DNA of 64,000 bases from Albugo candida (Eukaryota): positions 1-64,000 of the forward strand of contig JBDOQK010000029.1 in the NCBI GenBank assembly GCA_040437565.1, in the 5' to 3' direction. Position numbers and translations under genes: made by a program. Positions 28,951 through 40,027 of this stretch are shown here, in pieces (positions within the stretch are counted from its first letter, which is position 1; each line of letters opens with the position of its first letter). Below the pieces are notes generated by a model. It was not told the origin of the DNA and searched no databases. It saw nothing but the letters and a program-made list of their open reading frames with translations.

Positions 28951-29309
28951 CCGTCTCAGTATTACTTGCGTGTCAGTCCATCGGCCAGCTGACACCCAGG
29001 ACCTGAGAATAAGGATTGTAGAGCCCAATCATCTCTGCATTTGAGCGAGTGATGTGGCAAATAAGCTTTCGCTACTTTACTATGAAGTAAAATGTTCTGA
29101 TATTTGTATTGAGTGGTCATATCGATGCTCTGCCGACTGGCGGATTCCCTCTATGTGACCCGGTTCCAATATTGAGAATTCTGACGTCATGTAGAAGCTT
29201 GATGCGCAACGTAAAAGCTGGTCGTGTCTCTGTCTCAAACGCAAATCAATAGTATACAGCACATGCTTACTGTTGCCTCTATTTGATCATGATTCACGCA
29301 TACATCACC

Positions 29310-30315
29310 TCCGAGATAGTCGGTCGAAATCTATTTTTCGAGACTCCATTTTGATCGTGAGCATTTGCTATATGCGGATTACACGGCTTCAGGACGATGT
29401 CTAGGTTCGGTGGAGAATGTGGTACGGAAAGAAGTATTGCCGGTCTTATCAGAACAACAATATCGTATCAGCCATCAAGGCAGTCAAAGAAATTCTATAA
29501 TGAAGCCCAAAGAATGATTGCAGAAGCAGTAAANNNNNNNNNNNNNNNNNNNNNNNNNNNNNNNNNNNNNNNNNNNNNNNNNNNNNNNNNNNNNNNNNNN
29601 NNNNNNNNNNNNNNNNNNNNNNNNNNNNNNNNNCCAGTGATGGTCCTTGTAGTGCTAACGGTGTCATACGTTTAAGCCTTTCTTTTCGGATCAAACAAAA
29701 AATAGACCACGATCGCATCATGGAGCTGGAGGAAGCCACTGTCAAACAAATCCATTCCTCTTTATCAAAAAACAAGAAAATTGTTGTACTGGGAAGCAAA
29801 ATCAATCCTCAACTACCAATTTCTCCTGTTTGATACGCTGCAGAAATCTCTTTTTGCATTTCAAATCTTCCTTGTAGCTCTGGAGCACGGGTGCATCATC
29901 TTGCAGCCAGAATTCACACAGTTTTGTATTCCATACTTTATGACTCCGGAGGAGGTTGAGTACATATTGAAGGCGATCCATTTCGTAGCTGATCAGGTAT
30001 GGAAGTTTATGCCACAATACGATCTTTGTACAAGGACGGGTGACTTAAGCCACAATTTGATCAAGCTGGCCATCGACAAGTATTTTCACTTGACACCCTG
30101 CAACCCACTTGTGCCCGTCAAACGATCTAATATGGAAGATATTCTCAACCAAAGTCTATCTAACGTGCTTGCAGCCTGTAAAAGACATTTGTATTGGCAA
30201 AAAACCTTGCGTCCGAGTCTCTGAAGGCAGCTTGAGGAGCAGGCCCGAGCGATCGTGAGAAGATTGGTGAAGTATTTTGTTTTAAGATGGTTTGTATATC
30301 CAGATGAAGCCATTT
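29310..30315 (+). pseudogene. Class V PLP aminotransferase (cysteine desulfurase-like) pseudogene, copy A, spanning a gap
   Basis: IVGRNLFFETPF / LLYADYTASGRCLGSVEN (~29316-29420), IPYFMTPEEVEYILKAIHFVADQVWKFMPQY (ORF 29781-30224) and terminal LRWFVYPDEA (~30281). Frameshifted. Confidence 0.8.
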
Positions 30316-30633
30316 GTTTGGAGACCAAAGTAACAAACTTAGCGGGACATGCAACCTCACTGTAATGCTAAAGGTTCACATCTATATTTGCGCATGTACT
30401 CTAGATAAGCTCTCTGCATAGAACACGTAATCTGTTTTATACGATACTGGACACCTATGTGTCTCACCCGCATGTTCACGGCTCCCTTCCATACTCGCTA
30501 AGTACGTGTTCGATAATTCGCAAACGTTACCAATTGTTACCTTAGCGAAGCGTGCAACGTTTTTATGAATGCTTCCAAGAATACAACCTAACCCAATCGA
30601 AATGATGGTTTAAATATCACTAAAGATTGTACA

Positions 30634-30649
30634 TCATAATCCAATTTAC
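30634..30649 (+). promoter_or_regulatory. Putative oomycete INR+FPR core promoter of the orphan ORF
   Basis: TCATAATCCAATTTAC, 17 nt before the ATG at 30667, resembles the oomycete TCATTYYNCAWTTT-type element. Confidence 0.4.
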
Positions 30650-30666
30650 GTTCCACAGTCAATACG

Positions 30667-31803
30667 ATGAAGATTCAACAAATACAAGCTTACTGCATCG
30701 CCGTGCTTGGCTTTCAACCAATGTCTCATTACGTCGTGAGCAGTTCAACCATGAGAATGCGCAGCGTACAGTCTCAAAAAAATAAACGTATTTGGGGGTT
30801 GCGGGTGGAGATTGTGAGTGCGAATTCGGGTGCATTTGAACCCTATGTTAAGCTGGGAATCGACCCTGTGACTACGAAATCGGATAAATTCATGATGGCT
30901 TTTTATTACCATGGTGACTCTAGGCGTACACTCTATGAACGCTGCTGGCCTCGCTGGAACATCCAGCATCTTGGTCACAGAAGCAAAGAAGAAAACTACG
31001 AAACTCGCCTTTACTATATACATATATCTAGCGAGCCTCAATATGCTGACGCGATGAAGCCCCAACCTTACAATCCATATAGCAGGGTCATCAGTGAGCA
31101 CACCATACCAGAATGCTGGGAATTATCCCGACATCAACTGGAAGACTTGTACAGGGACGAGCATATTCTCACCCGTCGTAGCGTGACAATTTTTGATGCC
31201 GACAAGTTCATTAATATGGCTCCACGCGGAATCTATTCATTTGAATGGGATACAAGAAAGAAGCCCATCGTTTACGCTGCAGACACTTCAGAGATTAGTG
31301 GGTGGAGCGATTTCAAACCTGAACGCGAGCTAGCCTTTGGTCAGGTTATGATTGGTCGTACAGGTTTCTTCAAACAAAGGCTTCGCATTCGTCTTAGCGA
31401 CAATTCAAACCATGTACCAAAAAAAGTACATGACGTGGCCAGACAAGAAGGTAGTGATGAGGGTGTCAGCATCAAAATCAAATTACCAGTCCATGGCACA
31501 GATACGTTCGTTGAAATATTGCTTCAGACTAGATTAAAGGACTTGACGTGTGGCTCGAATTTAAATTGGGTGCTGGGCGCTAAGTCATTGAAGTTTCTCA
31601 AAATCAGCATCGATAACCGGCGAGAAGAGAATATGTACCAAATAACCCGCTACAAGGAGAGCAGTGAATGGAGCGCTAAGAATAGCGCAGCAGAGACGAG
31701 CTATAACGATGCAGAGACGAGTCATGAATGGCATTACGCATCGCCTGAGGACAGCGCAACAGAGGAGAGTGATTCATACAGCGAGGATGATGATTCTGAA
31801 TAG
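30667..31803 (+). CDS. Orphan single-exon protein, 378 aa, possibly secreted, with an acidic Ser/Glu/Asp C-terminal tail
   Basis: Long intact ORF among decayed DNA. Modestly hydrophobic N-terminus (AYCIAVLGF). Tail SAAETSYNDAETSHE...SATEESDSYSEDDDSE with a short internal gcagagacgag repeat. No family recognised. Confidence 0.65.
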   Translation: MKIQQIQAYCIAVLGFQPMSHYVVSSSTMRMRSVQSQKNKRIWGLRVEIVSANSGAFEPYVKLGIDPVTTKSDKFMMAFYYHGDSRRTLYERCWPRWNIQHLGHRSKEENYETRLYYIHISSEPQYADAMKPQPYNPYSRVISEHTIPECWELSRHQLEDLYRDEHILTRRSVTIFDADKFINMAPRGIYSFEWDTRKKPIVYAADTSEISGWSDFKPERELAFGQVMIGRTGFFKQRLRIRLSDNSNHVPKKVHDVARQEGSDEGVSIKIKLPVHGTDTFVEILLQTRLKDLTCGSNLNWVLGAKSLKFLKISIDNRREENMYQITRYKESSEWSAKNSAAETSYNDAETSHEWHYASPEDSATEESDSYSEDDDSE

Positions 31804-32299
31804 ATCATAGGCGATGGGGCGCGCATGTCCCGAGTTGAACAAACTAAAACATTGAAATTAACGAATTTATAAATCTCGAAGACAACAGTAAAACTTAATT
31901 CACATCATGAATTTGATTACACATGCTTAACCTTCCATTATAGACTTAATCCGCGGTGCTCTATTGCAGCACGGCTCAATAAAACGCACAAATCTCACAC
32001 ATCACTTTCATTTACAGGCAGTAGAAGCAAAGTCAGTGTCTTACCATGGTTCATCAGGACACGAGAGCACGGGCATACAGCTGAACTACTAGTTGTACGA
32101 GTATAATTGCTTCACGTATCTTTGATGTCATAATATTCGTATGGATCGATGCGTTGTTTGGCACGGCATGCTTATTGCACAAGCACATTTACATGATTTT
32201 CCAAAAGTGGGTCGACTATCTCGACTGAGCCAACAAGACACTCTCTCCGTCGATCTCACGATCCACGACGACTAGGATTTCTGGGTAAGGGAATAGCTC

Positions 32300-32770
32300 T
32301 CATGTGTCAATAGAATAGTTCCTTGTTATCTGTCCCGGTGACGCCAACACATATTCGTTGTCCACCAACAACAAAACATCAAAATTTATGCGGTACGAAT
32401 ATTCAGAAAGGCTTAACCCGAGCACACCAATCACTTTGATAATCAGCGAGCGAAAAAGGTCCAGAGTGTGGATGATCGGATCAATCCGTGAGAAGCAACA
32501 ATCCATTCGAATATGATCCAGTCTCAATTCCGGGAATGCTGCATTCAACTAATAAATGTACAAAAACATATTATGGCCGGCGGCTGGCCAACATACGGAC
32601 ATGAGCGCGTAAAGCCAAGCCACAATATTGCTTTGAATGACAATCACAGCCACTGAGTTGTTGTCCGACCCTTCCAATCTCAACTCAGCATCCCAATGCA
32701 AACGTTCGCTCATTTCATTCCGCAACACTCGAATTACATCTTGAGTCGTGCAAGGTCCATTAAAGTACAT
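32300..32770 (-). CDS. Hypothetical spliced protein (ends uncertain)
   Basis: ORFs 32549-32770 and 32300-32548 share a frame and can be joined by a gtatgt...ttattag intron. No recognisable motif. Confidence 0.3.
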
Positions 32771-33467
32771 CGCAGATGCGAGAACCTACATTGACGTAGC
32801 TTGCGGTGAATCCATTAAATGATTATTCATTTAGCTCCCTGCGTCATTTTTTTTTGCATCGGGATCACACACAATCTGATTATCCGATTTGAGTCGCACA
32901 CAATTTGTGCGAACGACTTCGATATGCATCAACACAATGCAATTAAACACGTCCATGAAAGGATCAAGCAAATATGATACTCACTTGTGGCTTCTGTATA
33001 AGTTCACATCCAGTATTTATACATCGCTAAGTACTGATCAAAGCGCACCACGAATGGATTCATATCATCACAGCTTCTTCGCACCACTTAAATGTCCACG
33101 AGACTTGGAATTGGCCACGAGAACGTTGGAATGCATTTCTCGAGGCATGATACACCGTCCTTTCGCCTGGATTGCGATGTAAAGCTCAGTGGAACACACG
33201 CCAACAGAACACTTTTCTGCAAAAGCTTCCAATGATAGGTCGTTAACGTCGTGTTTGGTGCAAGTGTTGCGAATTTCTAATGTTGTCTACTGCCATTGTG
33301 AGAGTCAACTGGAAACCGTTCGCCATAATTGGGCTATTGGACAAAAACTTGAAAGTAGAGGCTGGGTTTCGTTTTGTCCGCAGTAACGGATGCAGTAACG
33401 AATCCCTATACCGGTAAAAATAGGCCAGTTTTAAATCAGAGATAGGCAATTACAAAAGAGAAGAGTC

Positions 33468-34043
33468 ATGCGTCTGACAACTTTGGTCTATGTGCTCGTA
33501 CAATGTATGACGTCGATAGAGAACGGGAATGCTAGTATCATGTCAGCAAAGTCTGCTGAAGTGGAAAGTGAAATGCTGAGCTACCCAAATTGTTCAGAAG
33601 CGGAAACGATAGAATTAGCGGATGTATTACAACAGAATCCGCGAAAGCTGCAATGTCAAGAAGAGCTAAACATAACAGAATTATATCAGATTACGAAACC
33701 TCTCGAATTATGTAAAGTCACTTCGTGTGTTGGAGCATTGCAGGCGTTATACAGTGTCTTACCCAAGTGCAAGTATGAAACTTATTCAGCTCAGTATCAT
33801 GCAAAGAGGCTACTACTGAACTGCGGCATCAAACCAAGGGCCGATAGTACGCTTGATAGTACTGCCAAAAACATATCGCAAATTAGCAAAGACACCGCGT
33901 TTGCACCCGTTGGAATCAGCTCAAGCAACTTGGATAATGCGAGCCCTGCGCCTTCGCAACCAACCTCGGATGGATCACAACAAGGGCAATATGTCCTATT
34001 GCATTGGGCGAGTCTTATGTTGTATTTGTTTATGGTATGGTAG
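33468..34043 (+). CDS. Elicitin-like protein (ELL), signal peptide and probable GPI anchor
   Basis: Hydrophobic N-terminus; six Cys in elicitin spacing (PNC...LQC...LCKVTSC...LPKC...LNC); S/P/T-rich linker; hydrophobic C-terminal tail VLLHWASLMLYLFMVW. Confidence 0.85.
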   Translation: MRLTTLVYVLVQCMTSIENGNASIMSAKSAEVESEMLSYPNCSEAETIELADVLQQNPRKLQCQEELNITELYQITKPLELCKVTSCVGALQALYSVLPKCKYETYSAQYHAKRLLLNCGIKPRADSTLDSTAKNISQISKDTAFAPVGISSSNLDNASPAPSQPTSDGSQQGQYVLLHWASLMLYLFMVW

Positions 34044-34074
34044 TTTGTTGATTTCTATACAAAGCCAGTTGTGC

Positions 34075-36178
34075 TCATCCGTTCAGCAATTCAGTTGTAA
34101 ATTCCAAAACATCTAGAATCGTAGGTCTTTCTTCTGCTTTGTAGGCTACCATGTCTCGTATGAACTCACAGAACTCCTGCGTAAAAACCGCATTTCGATT
34201 TCGTGTTCCGTTTGCTGATTCTAATTTCAAAGTGAACAGTTTTTTATTTATCTTGCGTACTGTTGGTCATGTACATACCGGAAGGGAATTCCACGCTTTT
34301 GTACTCGCCATCGGCATTCTAGCCATCACCCAAAACATTAGATACGTTCTGCATAAAGTAATCCTTCGTTCGTACCTGGGACAGATAATCGATCAATTCA
34401 GCTCCAAATGCCATGGCGTATCTAATCAGCATGAGTAAATATGTCCTGTCAAATCGATACATGCAGACGTACAATATGCATCCAAGTGACCAGATATCAG
34501 ACTGCCCATCAAGTAAAGCATCCCCGGAAGGATCTGATATTTCTGGCGCAGTATAGTTGTTCAGATTCCTTCCCCTTTCCCGACCACCTTGAGCATCCAA
34601 CGAAGCTTGATGGTGTGAATTTGTTGCTCCCGATACGAAGCAATGGTCCATCTTCGTTATGATTGGAATACATGATAAATAGTCTTCTCCCATAGAAGAA
34701 GAAGCCGAAAGAAGTATGCACTGAGGACTTAACGCCATGTGACAGTATCCAGCACGGTGTAGGGACAAAACACCAGAACAAATGCCATGGAATAGATGTA
34801 ATGCCACGCGCTGAGTGAACGGCCACAATGGAGATGACGAGGACTTCGCTGCCACTATTGCATTCCATAGATTTCCTCTATCAAAGTAGGGAAACAAAAA
34901 TAATGACTACGCATGGAAAGTTTACCACATAGGCCATCTCCCATTGTTACATCTTTAATCATACCTCTGTCTGGCCCGACCTTATCTCATCATAGTCAAT
35001 CAATGGGATCAAATTCATATGCTTCACTGACTGTAATGTCAGAAAATAAGTGTCATAGGAAAATGATTGCCGACTCGTGATGGTGCACTTACACGATAAA
35101 TTTCCAACTCAAGTAAAATTCTACGTTCATCTTCCTCGGATCGCACTAAAATTCGTTTGACGATCATGTTTTCTCCATTCTGAGATGTTTGAACAAGCTG
35201 CAATTGCTTCGTCGACTTTTCAGAGATCGTTCTGCTCACGCTGACAAGAGTGTCTCCAATGCGAAGTGTCTCACTCTGCATACGAGAATAAGTAAGTGAA
35301 TGAGAACAAATAAAAACATTCATTCATGCCCTGGGAGCTCCTTTTGCGGTATTGATCGTGGCATTCAGAGACGAAAGAAGACTACCACCCCATTTCTTAG
35401 CTTTCTTTGCAGTTTCAGCAGCAAGCTTTTTTGCTTCGTCTGCTGACATGCTCTTGGCAAAATCATACGCTTGCTCTGTTTGCTTACGAAGGAATCCATG
35501 TGAAGCTCGGTCCTCGACTTTGCTACTGGCCGTTGAATTGCGATCTTCTAAATTGCTGGTTACAGGACGCTCCAGATTTGAAGATTGAATAGCTTCTACA
35601 ATCGTCTAGATGAAACTGAGGGGACTATAAAACGAGCTTGAGTAGCTCACCCTTTCTGGTACAATCAGCAGATTGTGTTCGCCATTTTCTATCAGACAGA
35701 CTCCCTTCTTCCTTCTTTTTTCTGAAGTCATGTGTTCCTGTCTCGAATGCTTCTCTCCTAGCTTCATTACGTTCCCATTTTCTACCACGTACTTTGCCCA
35801 CTTGTCCTTCGCATACGTACAAAGGCGTAGACACTTCGTATATCAAGGGATATATTCAGCAAGTGGAGCTATTTGACGAGAATAAATACAATGCATGTAA
35901 ATTGACCTACAAAGTGGAGTCGCTCGGGCAATGACTTTGCTGTTTGAAAGTAGGGGGATGATAGCGTTGGGCGTCAGCAGATCAATGTACACTCCAAACT
36001 CATTTTGAAAAGAAAAATGAAAGTTTGAACCCAATGGAAATGCGGTCTGAAGATCCTTTAACAAGATCTCTTCTGTTGATACTTCCATCTCGAAAGCGTT
36101 GTAGCTGATCTCGTCTGACACGAGGTCCACATATTCGATCTCTTCGCTAGTGACATGATATAAAACGAAACATCGCAT
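34075..36178 (-). CDS. Multi-exon protein: N-terminal DIX-like domain, helical linker and STK16/NAK-like (pseudo)kinase domain
   Basis: ORF 35843-36178 (VLYHV...NAF...LLKDLQTAFPLGSNFHFSF...VYIDL) is DIX-like. Kinase N-lobe MIVKRIL...ELEIY (35039-35323); LFPYFDRGNL, LFHGICSGVLSLH, YTAPE, SDIWSLGCIL (34319-34897); final exon FIRDMVAYKAEERPTILDVL...NG* ends at 34075. Splicing at 35600-35910 is ambiguous. Confidence 0.7.
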
Positions 36179-38174
36179 CGTTTACTTAAGTGAGTAATTT
36201 CCACCTTTTCAAAGATCAAAAGATCTAAGAGTCAGTAAAAGGCGACTAACTAAATAATAGGGAGTGGACTGCAAGTAAGAGTAGCTTTCTAAATGAATTC
36301 GTATTGCTGTTGCAGTGCAAAAGAACTTTCTCCTGCCATCTATACACGTGGAGGAATGTTACCCTCCCGCGATGTTGAGCGCTAGGCGCGTAAAATAAGG
36401 AAGTCAGAAGCCTACGACACCACAGCGTGTGCGTAGCAATACATGGCGCCACTACAGCCTTCCAACGTGTTCGAAGGTATACTGACCAAATTTGGGCCAT
36501 AGTGTCCTCCCACCCAAATGAATTCCAATTCCTCTTATATCGATCGCATGTGCTATCCGGAACGCCACGATTAAAGTTCATTCGATGTATCGCAAGGAAA
36601 AGACAGGTGACTTGTAGTGTTTTTAATGGCTGATGGGTATAGCTCTCTTGTATCAATGCAGTTTATACTTAAAAAGTTCTTGGCTACCTGTCTTGATGGA
36701 TAGGCTGGTCCTAAATGGTCATCACGAATTACTCGGAAACACGGTTACACCTGCCTCAGTTACACAGTATGTGGAATGGATTTACAATTGAGTATCAAGT
36801 TGTAGGTAGCTATCGCCGTACATAATTGGTATAGTCAATGATAAATCAACTGGCCGTATTCTTCTTATAGAGTCGTTGCTATCTGGATAACGTGTTTGTA
36901 TGCACATCATAAGCAGATACAAAGCCTTCTTCTGCGTGACTAACATCAAATGCTTATCTTGTTCAATGAATGATAGGAATGTTATCAGCAAGGTTCATGG
37001 TCATATTCCTCCAAATTTTTCGATCGATGACGCATAGTTGCGCCTATTCTTATCAGTATCTTACTCGCATGCAACTAAAAAGTTATTCAGTTTTATATTC
37101 TGAGGTATTCTTGGATCTTACGCTGGACGGTGGTACGCAGCTTGAATAGCTCAGGCTAATCTCATCGTTGTACAAAGTTAGCTTGTTAATATCATTTGCA
37201 ATTGCTTATTACAAGGTCAGACTAAGACTAAATTTGAGCAGTATATCTTCTTCATCAGCGAGAAAACTCAAGCATTTTGTGGTGTAGGCCGCAAGAGGCA
37301 GTCATGAAACAAATGTGACCTACAAAGCTGTTCATTCATATAAATCTACATATTGCTGCACGTGAGAATTTATCAGAAGACCCGAGCAGTCACGACAGCC
37401 AGTTCACTACAACATCGTGCTATTTGACATTATCAAATAGACCATGGTGTCAATCATTGTGAATCAAATCTATCAAATCTTTATTTTCATTCCGACGAAC
37501 CAGTATAGGGAACACGTTGGTGTAGAATAGTTTGTAATAAGGGATTGCGATCTGAATTATCGGTAAATCGATGCGAAAGCGGATTCAACATTTGTCCTAT
37601 GTTAAGCGCAGGGGCAGCACACGTGGCGATCAACTCGATCGACACGACAGCTATGGTCACCTGTGGTCAATCTTTTAGTGGTTCTGAATAGATGTTTACC
37701 AAAAATCCAATGTTATGGAACATGTCCTCCGCCCACGTGTTGTTTTCGATCAAGTGGCGAAATATACGTCTCTACAGCGATTCTAGGCAGCAAGAATCAA
37801 TAAAATAAAAACGGGCCGCCTCATTCAACGCTATGCCGATCAGTTGATCTATAGCTCCTTGGATGAAGTTGCCGTTTTTTTGTATGGCTGAATAATAATC
37901 AGTACAATGTTGATTCGTGCATATTCAGTGTCATAAATGCCCGTACATGTACATCTCAGTATATCGCATTCCAGACGCAAGTAAAAATTACATAATATTC
38001 ATTGGTACTGCAGACACTGGTCAAAAGAATGTGTACTTCACGCCATCTTTGACAACGATCACGTCTTTTCAGGCAAACAGCAAAGTAATATATTCTTAAA
38101 TTGGCGTAATGTTATTTATCACAGCTGCATATGGTGGAGGCTCATTCGTATGCCTTGTTCAGGAAAAAAAAGTT

Positions 38175-39850
38175 TCACCATATGAAAAATTGTTGATCAG
38201 ATTCATTCCCTTTATCCTTATGATCCTCCTTTTCAGTCTGCAATATTTGCCTCTCGACATGCGACCTCCACATTTGTTGACGGCCTTTCCGCTTCTTAGG
38301 TGCCTTCATGCTCCTTTCCATAGATTTCTTCATCCTTTCCTCGTATGATCTTTGCTGCTGAGTTATGCGCTCTTGACGAACCCTCTCCCGGCGCTCTCTT
38401 TCCTTCTCTTTTTCTACCTTTAGGACATAATCCTCTGGCATCTTTTCGATAACTCTTAAAAGCTCTTCAATTCGAGCTTCCAACTCGGTAAGCATGTAGA
38501 TGGTTGACAAATTGCTTTCGGCATCAAAACCACAACGTGTGTAAACATCAAGAACGTGCTCATGCAGATCCATCAGCACTTTTTCTTGTGTTGCTTCAGC
38601 ACTACCCTTGGAGGATCGAAGACATAGTTGCTGTGTCCTTTTCTCCTCGAATTCTATTTGCGCTTGTAATTCATTGATGCTATCATTCAAGATTTGCGAG
38701 CGTCTATCCATCATACTTTTTGCCTTGCTGAAATTTTGCTTCAATTCATCAAGTGTTTGCTCCGTGTCCTGACTATTTTTTATGAGAAACAAATTACTTT
38801 CCTCTAATGCCGTAAAAATATTCAAAAGCTGTTGTGGTTGCCGAAAATATAGTGGTGCCGAGTCATCGTAACTGCCACATTTGCGCTGGTTCAAATTTGA
38901 TGAGTAGGAGATGTCCAAGTTTTTGTCCATGGTGCCCTTTACTGAAAGATAACCATTTGAGCTGTTTCTCCTATCAGCGTCTTGAGCAAGTTTTCGGCAT
39001 TCGAGAGAAGATCCCATCGGTTCATCGGCATTACCCATGTCCTTCTTTGTAGAGTGATCCACGCTGAGTTCTTTTAACTTTTCCAGTTGTTCTTCCACGT
39101 ATTCTGCTGGCGTCAAGTCGTCCAGGAATGCTTTGTATTGTAAATAATCTTGAAGCTGCTCCTTTAATTTAGATACATCGCTTTCTACGCCCTGAATTTG
39201 ATGATTGAGATTCTTTATCTCAAACAGCTTATCTGTTTTTGCTTTTGTTTCTTTTTCTGCACGTTTGATTGCATCATGTGCTTTTCGATCATTATCTTTC
39301 AAGAAACTGTCGAATCGGAGTGCGTCTTCCTCGAGCATGACTTCACTCTTTTGTAACTCGATCTCTTTTGCTCTTGCTTTTTCTTCTAGTTTTCTGATTT
39401 CCTCACGTTTCGTATCCAGCGACATTTGTACAAGAAACACATCACGTTTTTTCTGAATGAAGGTATTCATGTTCTCTTTCACATGTATTCGATCATTTCC
39501 TAAAGTCCCCGCTGCAGCTGCAACAAGACCACGAGTACCTCCATGCACAGATATTGGAAAGGCTTCATTCTCAGACCGCTGCTCTTCGAAAGTTAGAAGA
39601 GATCAATATGTGATAGAAAGAATTACATTGTTCTGAGACCGAAGCATCTGAATCTGTCCAACTTTTGATGAAGCTGTGAATTTTTCATATATAGAAAGTT
39701 TGCTTTGATGTTCCTTAAGCTAAAATACACTACTTCAGCTAACAATAATTCCAATCATCAGCTTACCTCTTTCTTAGAGGCCTTCTCCTTTTCACGCATA
39801 TATTGTATTTCATCATCGGTTGGTAGCGTAAAAGGATTCGACGTTGGCAT
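38175..39850 (-). CDS. CFAP100: Cilia- and flagella-associated protein 100 (CCDC37/38 family)
   Basis: KENMNTFIQKKRDVFLVQMSLDTKREEIRKLEE...LEEDALRFDSFLKDND and LYFRQPQQLLNIFTALEESNLFLIKNSQ. First exon MPTSNPFTLPTDDEI starts at 39850. Confidence 0.9.
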
Positions 39851-40027
39851 TTTTCGTTAAGGGAGCAGCAATATGTCGGCAATTGGTCGGTGCATTCGTT
39901 ACAAGAATCACCGAAGGCGAAAAATAGACTTGCGCATTCGCCTCAACTAATTTCACCTCCACTTACTTTAATGCCTACATGTTGTGGCCGAAAATAAAAA
40001 AGCAATTATAGACACACTATTGATTCT

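Noticed and set aside
36246..37450. Broken ORFs with CxxC-like pieces (GCRDC, FHDCLL) as a decayed CHxC effector
   Set aside because: Too fragmentary, with no coherent frame or signal peptide; cannot be supported without a search.
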